A program made the translations under genes and the position numbers. Positions 40,721 to 54,672 of a stretch of DNA of 64,000 nucleotides are shown in pieces. This stretch comes from Octopus sinensis (taxonomy: Eukaryota), in contig NC_043005.1 in the NCBI RefSeq assembly GCF_006345805.1, positions 71,982,001 through 72,046,000 on the forward strand, given 5' to 3'. The stretch's first letter is position 1, and every line of letters begins with the position of its first letter. The notes under the pieces are model-generated. The model was not told the DNA's origin. It saw nothing but the letters and a program-made list of their open reading frames with translations, and did not search any database.

Positions 40721-41492
40721 CAATTTCAGTGGTACCAAGTCTAATTGCTTGAGCTTCTGAAAAGGAGTACTATGGCCATACTGGGGCATAGTACTCCCTT
40801 TGAAAATTTCAATGTATTGAATAGTTGAATTTTAGCTTTTTGATGTAAACATACACACACATATTCACGCATATAAGCAACTAAAACAATTAGTAATATC
40901 TTATCCAATAGGCTTTTGCACAGTTTCAATCAACCAAATTTCACATGTGGCTCTCTGGGCAAATGTCTTCAGTAATAGTCATGGCTGTAAGCCATGAACT
41001 CATGTTTTTGTTTTCTTCTTTAATCATTCGCACAAATGTGTGCTGTATTCTGGTGTTGTCAGTTTTCTGGTCAACAAATCATGTGCATACTTTGTGCTTT
41101 CAAACCCACAAAGAATAAGATGTGCTATGTATGTATGTATGTATGTATGTATGTATGTATGTATGTATGTATGTATGTATGTATGTATGTATGTATGTAT
41201 GTATGAGTAAGTAGATTAGTTGTATACAGTACTACTACCTCTAAAACAAAGGGTAAGAATATTATTGAGGTAACTAGATGGTACAATACCTAATAAGTAT
41301 CTTCGTTCTTGTTAAAGAATCTTTGAGCTGTACATGTGTGTATGTGTGTGTGAGAGAGAGTATGTGTGTGTGTGTGTGTGTGTGTGTGGTGAGAGAGTGT
41401 GTGTGTGTGTGTGAGAGAGAGAGTGTGTGTGTGAGAGAGTGTGTGTGTGTGTGAGAGAGAGAGAGTGTGTGTGTGTGTGAGAGAGAGAGAGA

Positions 41493-41523
<31 letters not shown>

Positions 41524-42879
41524 TGTGTGTGTAGCTTTTCTGCAGTTTCCCTCTATGTATTGTTGGGTATGAAACTAACAGAAAACCTTCGTCCAAAATG
41601 CCATGCAGTGAGGTTGAACTCAGAACCACGTGAGTTACAAAGTGTCACCACTACACTTTGGCCTATTTCTTGACACTTGTGGCTAAATTGTGCACGCTGA
41701 AGATTCACTCAATGAAGCAAGTTTTATATGCTTAATTAATCTAATCTTCCTCCACCTCCTCCTCCTCTATGATTTCTACGTTTGTGTAATGAAATATATT
41801 AAAAGCAGGACAGGTAGCTTAAATTAATACAGGAAATAACTAAGAGCCTCAGAACCAGATGTAATTGAATAGGTATAAACGAGAGCTAGCTTCATCTACA
41901 AATCTTAAAGGAATAATTCCACTTCATTCTGTTTATGTTACGTAATTAAATCCTGATAAATTATATATATGTCTAATTACATTTTAAGATTATATAAATC
42001 GAGACTTTGAACTCTTGTTAGGTGTTTAGAAATTCACGCACACCTGTCTTTTCCTACTTTCTCACACAGCTGGTGATTATTATTGAAACCAGAGGTTAAA
42101 ATGGAAACTCTTATTGACTACTTTTCATGACAGAAAGAAAATGATGCTGTCACCTTCAGCTGTTCATTATGTACTGCTCAAATATGTTTCTTGCCAATTT
42201 TCTTTCCCGTGAAAAGTATTTCTAAGCTTTACTGAGGCCGATGGGCTTAATTGATTACTAAGTTATCTTCTTGTATCTAAAGCTTGTATTGATCTACTTG
42301 CCTGAAAAGAGAGAGAGAGAGTGAGAGAGAGAGAGAGGGAGAGAGAGAGAGAGAAACTCCTCAAAAACACTTTCTTATCTTGGTTTCCATCTTCTTTGAC
42401 TTTATATATATTGAAGAGATATTTTCAATCACTGCTTTCAATAATAATAACAATAATAGTAATAATAATATAATAATAATAATAATAATCCTTTTTATTA
42501 TAAGGCACAAGGTCTGAGATTTTGGAGGAGGAGACCAGTCAATTTCAGTGGTCTTAGTACTTAAATGATATTCATTTTATTAACCTTGGAACGATGAAAG
42601 GCAAAGACAACCAAAGCAGTATTTGAACTCAGAATGTAAAACTGGAAGAAATGCTACTTGGCATTTTGTCTGATGGATTAACGATTCTGCCAGCTCATTG
42701 CTCTAATAGTAGTAGTGTTGGTGGTGCTGGTGAAAATAATAATAATAATAATAGTAATCCTTTCTACAATAGGCACAAGGCCTGAAATTTTAGTGGAGAG
42801 GTCTAGATCAATCCACAATGCTCAATTGGTACTTATTTTATTGACCCCCAAAAGAATGAAAGGCAAAGTCGACCTTGGT

Positions 42880-42880
42880 G

Positions 42881-42913
<33 letters not shown>

Positions 42914-43012
42914 GGATGATGATAATGATAATAATAATATAACATAGCAGCAATAATAATAATGATGATGATGGTGATAACAATAATAATGATGATGTTG
43001 ATGATAATAATA

Positions 43013-43068
<56 letters not shown>
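42880..43068. repeat. (AAT)n/(GAT)n array
   Basis: Direct reading. Confidence 0.95.
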
Positions 43069-43070
<2 letters not shown>

Positions 43071-43490
43071 AAACACCTTATTTATTGTTGAATGCTTTGC
43101 AAAGATATGAGAAAAATCAATCACATCAAAGATCAGAAGTGTTAATAATGCCTGAGTGGTTCCTTCACAACTTCCAATCGCGAATTATTCATGGTGACCT
43201 ATATTTAACCAATTATGAACGATGAACTGTTGTTATATAAAATGTTGAAAAAGATATTTAAAGACAACATTTCAAATGCTTCATCCTTAAGTTTGTTATA
43301 AAGAAATAAAAAAAAAATTATATTAGGTGCAATAAAAATTAAGATTTTACGCTATTTCCCATTTTTCAATTAGTGTGTTCTTAAGAAAGCAATGTTTAAT
43401 GATATGTGTACAAGTTTGTGTATGTTGTGTATATATATATATACACATGTGCACACACATATACACACATACATATATACACATATACAC

Positions 43491-43561
<71 letters not shown>

Positions 43562-43944
43562 ATATACACATGTGCACACACATATACACACACACATATA
43601 CACATATATACATAACTATATATATCATCAACATACTCCTCCTCATCATTTAGCATCAGATTTCCATGCTGGCAAAGGTTAAATGGTTTAACTAAAACTG
43701 GTAAATTGGAGAGCTGCACCAGGTTTCAATCTGATTCGACATAGTTTCTGCTGCTGAGTACTCTTTCTAATGTTAAATCTTGGAATGTCTAGCTCCTAAC
43801 TTTGGAGTTAAAAGCTAGACCAACCATCAAACTGGACAGTGCTGTATAGTACTAAAGATTCTGTTTCCTCCATCTCAAATAAGGACCCAGTATTGCAACA
43901 GTTTTGGTTTTAGGGTTCCATAACTGTTTAACATCCAAGCAAAT

Positions 43945-44091
43945 TGACCCCAGAACTTATTCTTTGTAAAGCCTAGTACTTATTCTATCAGTCTCTTTTA
44001 CCGAACCACTAAGTTACAGCCACGTAAGCACACCAGCATTGGTTGTCAAGCGATGTTGTGGGGACAAACACAGACACACAAACATATACGC

Positions 44092-44122
<31 letters not shown>

Positions 44123-44265
44123 TATATGCATATATACGATGGGCTTCTTTCAGTTTCCATCTACCAAATCCACTCACAAGGCTTTGGTCAGCCCGAGGCT
44201 ATAGTAGCAGACACTTGCCCAAGGTGCCACACTGGGACTGAACCTGGAACCATGTGGCTCGTAGC
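43945..44265 (-). mobile_element. Dominant-family SINE (partial)
   Basis: Reverse complement of the 33571 copy. Confidence 0.75.
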
Positions 44266-44271
44266 CAAACA

Positions 44272-44420
44272 ATTTCAGAGATTTGTGAGTTGTACATGTG
44301 GAAACCACCAAAAAGCACCTGGACAAATTTCTATCTGAAACCGTAGATGAACCCACATCCTGACAGGAGGTGCAAAAAAAGATCAGTCTCATGCAACTTG
44401 ATTCTTCATCAAAAACAGTA
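44272..44420 (+). mobile_element. CR1-type LINE 3' fragment
   Basis: FRDL*VVHVETTKKHLDKFLSETVDEPTS resembles the FKxxLDxFLxxxPDEP end of CR1 ORF2. Confidence 0.6.
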
Positions 44421-44513
44421 CAGAAAAGAAAGCCAAACACACTGAAACACAGTGTGCCAGCATGGCACCATGAAGCCAGTAATATGAAACCAGTAATATA
44501 TACATAGACACTT

Positions 44514-45200
44514 ATTACAAACAATAAATTAAAGAGATTGTCAATTCAATTGACAATCTAACAATTTATTTATATTATAATATAACAATATACTATGAAT
44601 ATAATATAAAAAAAATCATTAAAAAACCAAAAAAGCCAACAGTTTGTTTCGACTTATATACATTATTTGATTTATAAACAATTTACCTCCACATACATAA
44701 GTCTCTTCAGGGTTTTGGTACAAAATACAGATGGAATTCCGTATGAAAGTACGGCTAGATTGCAAAAAAATATGATTCAAATATCTATGTTTAGGAGCGT
44801 GAACATTAACTTTTCACGTACGTAACAAGTACAATTAAAAAAAACAAAACAAAAGTATAAGGGACAAAATAATTAAGTAAATAGAATCTACAACTATCAA
44901 AATACATTTCTGTATATCAAAAATAATATAAATCCAAATTCGTTTATGTTCAAGACAATCTTTGGCTCTTTTAATAACATACAACTACAATATATAAGTA
45001 CATAAATGAATTAAATATCAGGGTCTTAGTTAATCAAATAATGTATATAAGTCAAAACAAATTGCTGACTTTTTGGTTTTTAGTAATTTTTTATGTTATC
45101 TTGTATTATATTATATTCATAGTATATTATGCTATATTATAATATAAATAAATTATTAGATTGTCAGTTGAATCTCTCTAGCTAATTTATTGTTTGTAAT
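44514..45200. mobile_element. AT-rich fold-back/MITE with ~160-bp terminal inverted repeats
   Basis: 44514-44672 matches the reverse complement of 45032-45200 with few gaps. Confidence 0.7.
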
Positions 45201-45631
45201 TTGTATTATACCTCTATTTTTGTGGTATTCAACTGATCTACACACCTTTGAAGGAATTTCTTTCCATAGCTTGTTACACACACACACATAAACACATATA
45301 TATATATTATGTATGTTTGTGTATATATATTTTGACTCTGACCAAAATCAAATATATATATTGTTGTGTCTGGGGAGAGTCATATTACTTTAATATATAT
45401 ATATATATCAATATTATCTCCCTTTCGTTCAACTTCTTTCAAATTTCTTTTTTCTATTCCTTCGCAACACTTGACTGCTAAATCTACAAGTTTTTTTCAT
45501 TCTCTCCCTCTGTTTATTTTCTCTTATTTCTTTCTGTTGAAGAGTGCAGGGTCAAAACGTGAAAGACATTTTCATTTTCCCAACTGTCAAACTAATACAC
45601 CTGTCTTTATCTTTTGTTTTCCCATAAACTT

Positions 45632-45675
<44 letters not shown>

Positions 45676-45678
45676 CAC

Positions 45679-45725
<47 letters not shown>

Positions 45726-46601
45726 GTATGTTAGTGTATATATGTTTTAACTGAAATCAAATTAACATTGGAAATAGCATCATTGTTAGACATTTTCAAA
45801 AATCTATACAAACAGCACCTCATTTCCTCAGAGTTTCATTTATAAGCAAAGGAAAATATTTTTCAGTTCCTTTACTTTTCCGCTTCTTGAATTCAGCTGC
45901 TCCAGGAAAGATTTACGAAGTCATTAACAACAGATATTTACTGCAAGGAAAGAATGCATTATAAATGGCTACAGCATACTGCATCTTAAGAGTAATTTCA
46001 TACGTAAGAAGTGTGTGTGTGTGTGTGTCTTCATATATATGAGAAGCTGAGATAAATACGAATTTATACTATCAGTTCATATGTATGTTCCCCATTCTGG
46101 CTGCTCTGTGTTTCATTATGAGTAACGCACACAGATGTGGCTTAATGCTAAGTAGTTTGCTTGCCAACCACATGGTTCTGGGTTCAGTCCTACTGTGTGT
46201 CATGTTGGGTGAGTGTCTTCTATCATAGCTTCTCACCAACCAAAGCTTTGAAAATGGATTTGGTAGATGGAAACTGAAAGAAGTCCATCGATCTCTTTAT
46301 ATATATATATATATATATCAAAATAAGCAACAAGGATATCCAGAGGTAATGCAGTATGGTCGTTTCATGTGACTCCATTTAATTGAACAATGCAATCATT
46401 TCATTACATCAATTTAAAATATAGAGCAATCTTCAGCTGCACAAAGAAATAGAATTTAATTAAATTAGGACACATTAGTATAATCACCTTATTTTGAAAT
46501 TGTATGGATAATACCGTACTAAATTCTGGTGCCTCAACTTAAGTACCATATTCATCTGAATCTAAATTTCATATATATATATATATCTATATATGTATGT
46601 A

Positions 46602-46635
<34 letters not shown>

Positions 46636-47324
46636 CAGATCTATGTGTGTGTCTTTGTGGTTGTGCTTGTCAACCCACCACTAAGTTTGCATTTACATCT
46701 CCATAATTTAGTGGTTCAGCAAAAGAAACCAGCAGAATAAATACTAGGCTTAAAAAAAAAAAGTTTAGAGGTTAACTCATTTGACAAAAAATTCCTCCAG
46801 GTGGTGCCCCAGTAGATGATAAAATATAAATGATTTTCAACTAAAAGTCACTTTGGAATTAATGCATTTCTATCAAAAATTTTAATTGCTTGATTTGTTT
46901 TTTGGAAGACACTGTAATATTCTAAAGTAATTACAAAGCTACATGTTTGAAGCTACATGTTTCCTTGTATGGAAATATACTATTACAAAATATCACTTTG
47001 AATATTACCTGAATATATTTTTGTTTCAAATTTGCAATATATTAAGTATATATATATTTTTTTTTTTTGCTGCAAAAAGAACTATTGTTAATAACTTTGT
47101 AAATCTTCCTTGGAACAATTGAACAGAGAAGTAAAATAGCCTAAGAATGTTTTTCCTTCACCTATAAACGAAACTCTGAGAAAATAATTACTAACAAACA
47201 TGCCAAGATTATGTTCATGAAAACCTTAGCAAAAGCAAACAATGAAAGCAATTTTCTCAGTGAATATAGCATACCATACTTCAAAAGTATTTCTGTACAT
47301 AAATCCTCATTAGTATTCTTTCAG

Positions 47325-47389
47325 ATCTTACCTTGTGTCTGAAAGATACTTCATCGTTGGGGGAAAGTGGCATCATTTTATGCTTTAGT
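47325..47389 (+). CDS. Candidate exon (phase 1-0): xLTLCLKDTSSLGESGIILCFS
   Basis: Acceptor ttagtattctttcAG, donor AGT|GTAAGG; in phase with 47977. Confidence 0.45.
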
Positions 47390-47856
47390 GTAAGGAACTA
47401 CTTCAGCTCACTCTACTTTCTGTCTATATGCCAAGTCTTGCTAATTCTATAATACATTTCAAATAGACACGAAAACAACTCCTCGTAGTGAATCCTAGAC
47501 AACAGTTTGTAGTTTAAATGTCAAATAAGTGAAAAATCTGTTTTTGCTCTCACCTCCCCTACTCAACTTGTTCACACATATATGTGTACTCTTTTTGTCA
47601 TGTATATATATATATATATAATATATGTATGTATGTATGTATGTATATATATATATATATTTATGTATGTATGTATGTATATATATATATATGTATGTAT
47701 GTATGTATATATATATATGTATGCATGTATGTATATATGTATGTATGCATGTATATATATATAATATATATATATATATATGTATGTATGCATGTATATA
47801 TATATATGTATGTATGCATGTATATATATCTTAGCATATTTCTGTGAGTTTATGGC

Positions 47857-47897
<41 letters not shown>

Positions 47898-47976
47898 ATA
47901 TAGATATATACATATATATAAATATATACATATATGGTCAGCTAGGCTTTAATAGTCTAACCTTTTCTATTGACAG

Positions 47977-48100
47977 CTGGACAAAAGTAAATTTAAAAAT
48001 TGCAAACTGCATGATGAGGAGTTCTATATTTCTTCTGGTCAAGGACATTTCAGTATCAGTTTAAAATATTTCATCAGATTAACATTCGAACAAACGAAGA
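47977..48100 (+). CDS. Candidate exon (phase 0-1): [41 protein letters not shown]
   Basis: Strong acceptor ccttttctattgacAG and long open frame. The 3' end is ambiguous (donor after 48052 or after 48100). Confidence 0.45.
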
Positions 48101-49215
48101 GTAATAAAAACCATGCCAGTGCAGATATTGGAGCTTGGTGCAGTCTTTAGGCACGCCAGCAACTGTTAAACCATCCAGCCCCTGCCAGCATGCATAAGGA
48201 CATTTAATGGTGAGGATGAGGAACTAATGTATATTTTCTGTATACAAAAATACTCTATTAAGAATAGTCAAAAATAATAAAATAAAAACACTATATAAAT
48301 CAATACCAGAGTGTTTAAAATATGATTGTATTTGAAAGAATCTTAAGATTCTAAAATGTTTTTTGGAAATTGTTCAACATTTAAACCTTTGAATCACTGT
48401 CATCAACATCATCATCATCATCGTTGTCATCCTTTTAACACCTATTTCCTATGCCTGAACAGGTCTGTTTAAAGTATGTTGGAGCAGAGTTTACTATAGC
48501 CAGAAGCTCTTTCTGTCACCAATCCCCACCTATTTCCTAGTGAGGTATTAATTCCCTGATCTAATGAACAACAACCTGGTCATGTTTGCAGAGAGAACTG
48601 GAAACAAATGACATCGAAATGAGCATGAAAATTGTTTTTGTGGTGACTGGGGAATGAGGTTATTTAAAAATAGTAATTAATCACACAAGAGTGGCAGGGT
48701 GGGTTTTGGGAAATGTAGAGAGCTTTATACGATTGGAGAGTGGAGAGCTTGGAATGGAGTGAGGTGGAGTAGGTAAATGGGTTGTTGCGAAGCAGTGAAA
48801 ATTATGCAGAGTAGAAGAATGGGAAAAAGGAAGGCTTAATGAAGGATATGGGAGTAACTAAAGTGTTAGAAGTGAGGATCGATGCTGGTAGCTCAATGAG
48901 GCATCATACAGTACTGCCCATGCCTTTATCGTGTTCATTAAATTGATTAAGTTGGGTCTTGTTGTTTGCATTACTTGAGCAAACATTTGCACTCATGCAG
49001 GTAAATGCATAATAATTCATTATTTTAAAAAAAATATAATTCATACATTTTCTCTATCATGTATTATTTGCTTTTCTTACCCACACACTTTCTCTGCACA
49101 CTTTTCCGTAATGTATTCTGAATAACAGATCACTTATACTGAATGTCATATTAATCTGATGATCAGTGACATGAAATTTGAATAACTCAATATAAGGTGC
49201 CTACATTTAAAAATC

Positions 49216-49270
<55 letters not shown>

Positions 49271-49473
49271 TATACATGCACACATACACTCACATTTAGT
49301 GGATGTGTATATATATAGCCATATTGTGGCTGTATTTAAGTATTATATTTAAGTAATATGTATATATAACTTTAATAGATATCTATTTATCTATCTATCT
49401 ATATACATATATATATTTGTATATATATATTTGTATATATATATATATATATATGTATACATATATACATGTG

Positions 49474-49505
<32 letters not shown>

Positions 49506-49744
49506 AGTACAAATATATATACAGATAGATAGATATCCATTAACATTATATATATTATTTAAATATATGTATTGAGTGTGTGTGTGTGCACATACATATA
49601 AGGAGTCAATCTGTTTATCTATGTGTGTATGTATAAACACACACACATACATGAGTATATGTATATATGAATGTTAGTATATATATGTGTGAACATTTTA
49701 TCTTGAAAAGCTTATTTAGCATATAAAAACCTATATACCGCTTC

Positions 49745-49790
<46 letters not shown>

Positions 49791-51520
49791 TTATTAGTCA
49801 ACTTACTTAACTAATTAACTAATTGGTTTCTCATCTAATTGTTTGATTAATCAATTAATCAGTTGGTTTGTCAGTCCTTTCGTCACTGTTCATGACCTCA
49901 TAAATGATGTGTCTTCATTGCTTCAGGTCTATTACAATATGTTCAGACTGGATGTGCTGGGTTTAGCTTGTGCATTTATATTTTTTTGATGGTGTGCAAT
50001 TGAGTGGGTGTGTACAATGGTTAATGTGTTGGTATATCTGTGTTGCATTGCAGTATCAGAGATTTGTTTTGTATGATCAGAGTGTATGTGGATGTATGCA
50101 TACATATATGTATGCGCTTATGTATGCGTGCATGCACCTGCTTGTAACTTGTTCGTGTATACAATCACATCTATGTATGTAGCGATTCTGTAGCTGTGCT
50201 CTTTCCTCTTATTTTTTCTTCCTCAAAGGATTAATAAATTTATCCACATATATACATTCTAATTCTCTCACTCGTTCCCCACCACTATCTCTCTCACACA
50301 CATCCACCAACATGCGTGTATACGCATACACCTATACACTTTTTTACTTATTCTTTCTAACCTATTTCATGAATTCTTTTGATATCCAAGGCAAGTTCCA
50401 TTTATATAATTTCTTGTGACGTTTTATATTGTCTTCTTTACTCCCCTTCTGCATCCTGGTTCTGTTCTTGGTTCTTTCCAAAGAAATGCAGATAATGAAC
50501 GAAGTCTTGTTATGCTTCTTTATTTCACAGAGTTGTCATGAGGGGGAAATGTTGTTTATTACTTCATTTATTACACTTATTAAATCTGCTGTTTGTTATT
50601 TTCATGGCTTCAATATAGTAGAGTTTTTGTTGACTAAGTATATGGTGCCAATGGGCTTCCCATAATGTGTATCCATGATGGCCATTCTATTATTTAAAGA
50701 TATGCTATTAAGTTGTATTAACAGCCAAATAACAGATCTACATAAAATGCCCACATGCAAATGCAAGAGATACAAACACCACATCACAAAAATAACATCA
50801 TCATCCAATGAAAAGACCAGGAAAACACCAGCCAACCAAGCCAAATCAAGCTAACCAATGGATAAACACAAACACCAGACTACATACACACACCAAAGAA
50901 TATGAATACACCACCAATATCAAGTTGTAGGTGTTCTCACCTGAAGATTGCAGTGGCATGAAACTTGAGTCATGATACAATCTCTCAGTTTCAGTTTCAA
51001 TAAAAGAAAACATCCTCTACAATTTGTATTGAGTGCTCCTCTCTCATTTCTTCAACATAAACCGATGTATATTAGCATTTTATCATTTCTCTTATCTTTT
51101 ACTTGTTTCAGTCATCAGCCTGCAGCTATGCTGCTAGGGCACCACCTCAAAGAATTTTAGTTGCACAAATTAACCCCAGGACATTTTAAAGCCTGATACT
51201 TATTCTATTAGTCTCTTGTTGACAAACTGCTAAGTTACAGGGATGTAAACCTATGAACACCAGTCGTCAGACATAAAGACACATACATAATACATATAAA
51301 CACACACACACACACAATAGGCGTCAGTTTCTTTCAATTTCCACTTAGAAGGCTTTGGACAGACAAAGTTGGGAACCTGGAACCAAACTTGTTACCACAC
51401 ACACACACACATACACACACATCTGTATACATGCACTCATTTATATAAATGCATGGAGAGTGAGAGAGAGATAGATTATAACGTATACAGCTGTTTATGC
51501 CTTTTATTTGTCAAGTCCTG

Positions 51521-51569
<49 letters not shown>

Positions 51570-52569
51570 AACAATCAACTTTACACTGTAGAAGCAAAAG
51601 GATGCAGTATATTAACGATCATTGTTTTTTTTTTCTATTCTCAATAATCCTTATTTCCTCAGCAGTTAAATGGCTTCTGTGGATGTTTAATAATTATATT
51701 TTATTTTCCAATAAAACAAAATATGAATACGTTAGAGGAAATACAAGAGGAGACTTTCATTCAAAGTACTTCGCCTCCTACTGTGACTTGTTTTTTCTGA
51801 AATTTAGTAGAGTCATGGCAATTAGTGTTTATAATAATTGTGATTATGATGGCTTAGCGTTTCCTTTTCTTCTTTTTTTAATTTTATTTGTTTCATTCTT
51901 TATTACTTAATTGTCAATTCTCTCCTTCAAAATCCATTCAACAGAACTGAATAACATATACGAGCAGGTGTTCATTGTAGTAGCTCTACATCTAATTCTC
52001 TAAATCAGCACGAGTTGAATGAGTCTTCATTTTGGATGATTTCCTATTAATTGTCAAAGTAGATTTTTACTGCTTTTTAGTGCTTAGATGCCATCAGAAT
52101 TCCATCAATATTTTTGCATAAAAGGAGAAGTATTCACTAGGTTACAAAGTGATAATTATGAGTAGGCTTGACTTCCTCACCTGCTTCTTCTAAACTTCTT
52201 AATTACAAACCTTATACACATAAATATATTGAAATATATTTAATGATAATAGCCATCTATGTATGTAGATACACAATTGATGGGCCAGAAGCTGTAGTGA
52301 TTGTTCTGAAATAACATCTCTCATGGACATGTGTTAAAAAATTTGTTCAAGCAGCAGCCAGCAAGAATGCACTGATGCACTTATTTTGGGGTTGGGTAGA
52401 GGGCTTCTCAATGATGTGTACTTACAGCTAGCCACAGGGCTGAATGAGAATCCATTGCCTTTGAAGAAGGAAACAGTGAATAAAACAGTGTTGCAAATGT
52501 CTGTCTGGTTGAATAAAATCTGATATATGCAACTGATACAGTATTAGCTTAAAACAGCTATCTATGTAT

Positions 52570-52692
52570 CTGTTATATTACAATACTACACAATGGCTGT
52601 GTGAGCTACGAAATCCTCATTGACACTGTTATATCGCAATACTACACAGTTGCTGTGTGAGCTATGAAATCCTTGTCACCACCGTTATATCA
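52570..52692. repeat. 56-bp tandem duplication (diverged)
   Basis: Units at 52570 and 52626, partial at 52682. Confidence 0.85.
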
Positions 52693-53619
52693 CACATTTG
52701 GATGGCCTCTACTCAATTCCTCGACATCTAGACTTCTCTCTCTGTATCTACGTATTGCCTACTTCATCGTCTGGGGGCATCAACACAACAGTACCATACT
52801 TAATGTATATCTACTGTTGGGTACAAATTCTTTTTCTAGTATTATAGCTATTTGAATTCAAAGCTATCGAATCTCTCAAACATTAATATTTTGAAAGATA
52901 TTTATATATTCCAAGTATCATTTTAAGGAATTTAGTCTGTGTGATGTATTTTAAATATGATATTAGTTCATAACGTCTCAATCTGAATTCCACCTCTCTT
53001 CTACTCCCATCTTTTTTCTGATTTGTTTACCTTACATTTTATGCATCCATAATTGTAATTTAACACAAATTTATCAAAATATTTCATCTCACATCCAGAT
53101 GTTCCTTTAATTCTTTGTATTATTATTCATGGATTTTCTTGGAAGGGTTTTCAATTCTTACAGATTTTTCTTTTTAAGTTTGGTGCTTTCCCTTCTAATT
53201 CCTGAAGCTTGCTGAACGTTTTGTAAATTATCTTCATACATACTAAATTTTCTTCAGTATTCACAGCACTACAGAATGTAGACAACGTATATTTACTTGT
53301 ATTTTGTTAATATTTTGCCTGAAAATTCGTTTTAAGCCTTCTCTCTATCTTAACCATATACAATCCATATGGACTGCTGAAGCTTACCAAATTCTGCTCT
53401 AAAGTTTAAAATAAAATTAGAAAGAGGCAATTAATCATTGTTTGATTGTTACCTTCTTGTTAAACAACTCAACTCATCTTAGAAATATTGAAATGCTATA
53501 TAGCTCCAGGCTAGTGTTGATAAAAAAGAAATCTGGTCAAAAACGTTCTTAAACTTGATTGTTTGGGTTTTATTTTTCTCGAGGCGTCTCTATGACTACA
53601 TGTACAATATTTGCTTCCT

Positions 53620-54175
53620 CTTTTAAACATCGTCATCACATCATCATCATGTAGTGTATGTCTGCAGCACATTGATGACACTACAGCAAAAATCTTCTTA
53701 ATTAAGTGGGAGTTCTCTAACTGCCTTGTCACTCCTGTTAACCAGCTCTTAGCATTGTTCATCTATTGCATTCTTTGCCTGCATCTTGATCTACTATGCT
53801 CATCTCTTCTTTCCATGATGATATTTTCCAGACCTCTACCTCTTCAAATATGGCTGCAATGGATAAACTTTTGTATTTTCACTATATTTAGGAATTGTTG
53901 TCTTCCATCTACCTGTTGCAACACCCATTCATTATTCCAATGGTCCTTACCAGAGACTCATAACATTCTCCCTATATACTTATATTTCAAATGCATTGAT
54001 TATACGCTCTTCAAATTTGTGCTACATTTCCAGGCTTGCACTGATCAGATGGAATTCATTGGAGCAGATTTTCTATGGTTGCATGCTTTTGCTATTGCCA
54101 GCCTTTACTTCTTTCCAGGCAAAATGATATTTCTCTCTGACTTGATTGGACATGTTTCCTAGGAAGATGGGAAAT
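53620..54175 (-). mobile_element. RTE-clade LINE 3' fragment, decayed
   Basis: ...INAF..YRRML..WKDH.NNEWVLQQVDGRQQFLNIVK...GLENIIME.R... with stops and frameshifts; (GAT)n tail. Confidence 0.7.
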
Positions 54176-54272
54176 GAAGGACACCGCTTGTATGCTGATG
54201 CTTATTTACAATGATAATGGGATGTCAAAACAAAGCGAGACAAACACACACATGCTACAGGCTTCTTACAAA

Positions 54273-54672
54273 TTCTTATTTCTTTATTGCCCACAAGGGG
54301 CTAAACATAGTGGGGACAAACAAAGACAGGCAAAGGGATAAAGTTCTGAGTTCAAATTCCGCCGAGATCGACTTTGCCTTTCATCCTTTCAGGGTCGATA
54401 AATTAAGTACCAGTTGCGCACTGGGGTCGATGTAATCGACTTAATCCGTTTGTCTGTCCTTGTTTATCCCCTCTGTGTTTAGCCCCTTGTGGGTAGTAAA
54501 TAAATAGGTACTTTACTTATCCATCCTGAAAGGACGAAGGCAAAGTCAACCTTAGCAGTATTTAAACTCAGAGTATAGAGCATTAGGAATTTGAACTCAA
54601 AATGTAGAGGCAGACGAAATACCGCTAAGCATTTCGCCCGGCATGCTAACGTTTCTGCCAGCTTGCTGCCAT
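54273..54672. mobile_element. Three fragments of the second SINE family in -/+/- arrangement
   Basis: Tail(-) 54273-54340, body and tail(+) 54343-54510, head and body(-) 54520-54672. Confidence 0.75.

Noticed and set aside
49868-49910. Minus-strand TTTATGA-GGTCA..TGAC-GAAA motif
   Set aside because: Two core mismatches and no valid stem III or stem I.
53611-54162. 183-aa plus-strand ORF
   Set aside because: It is the antisense of a decayed RTE LINE fragment.
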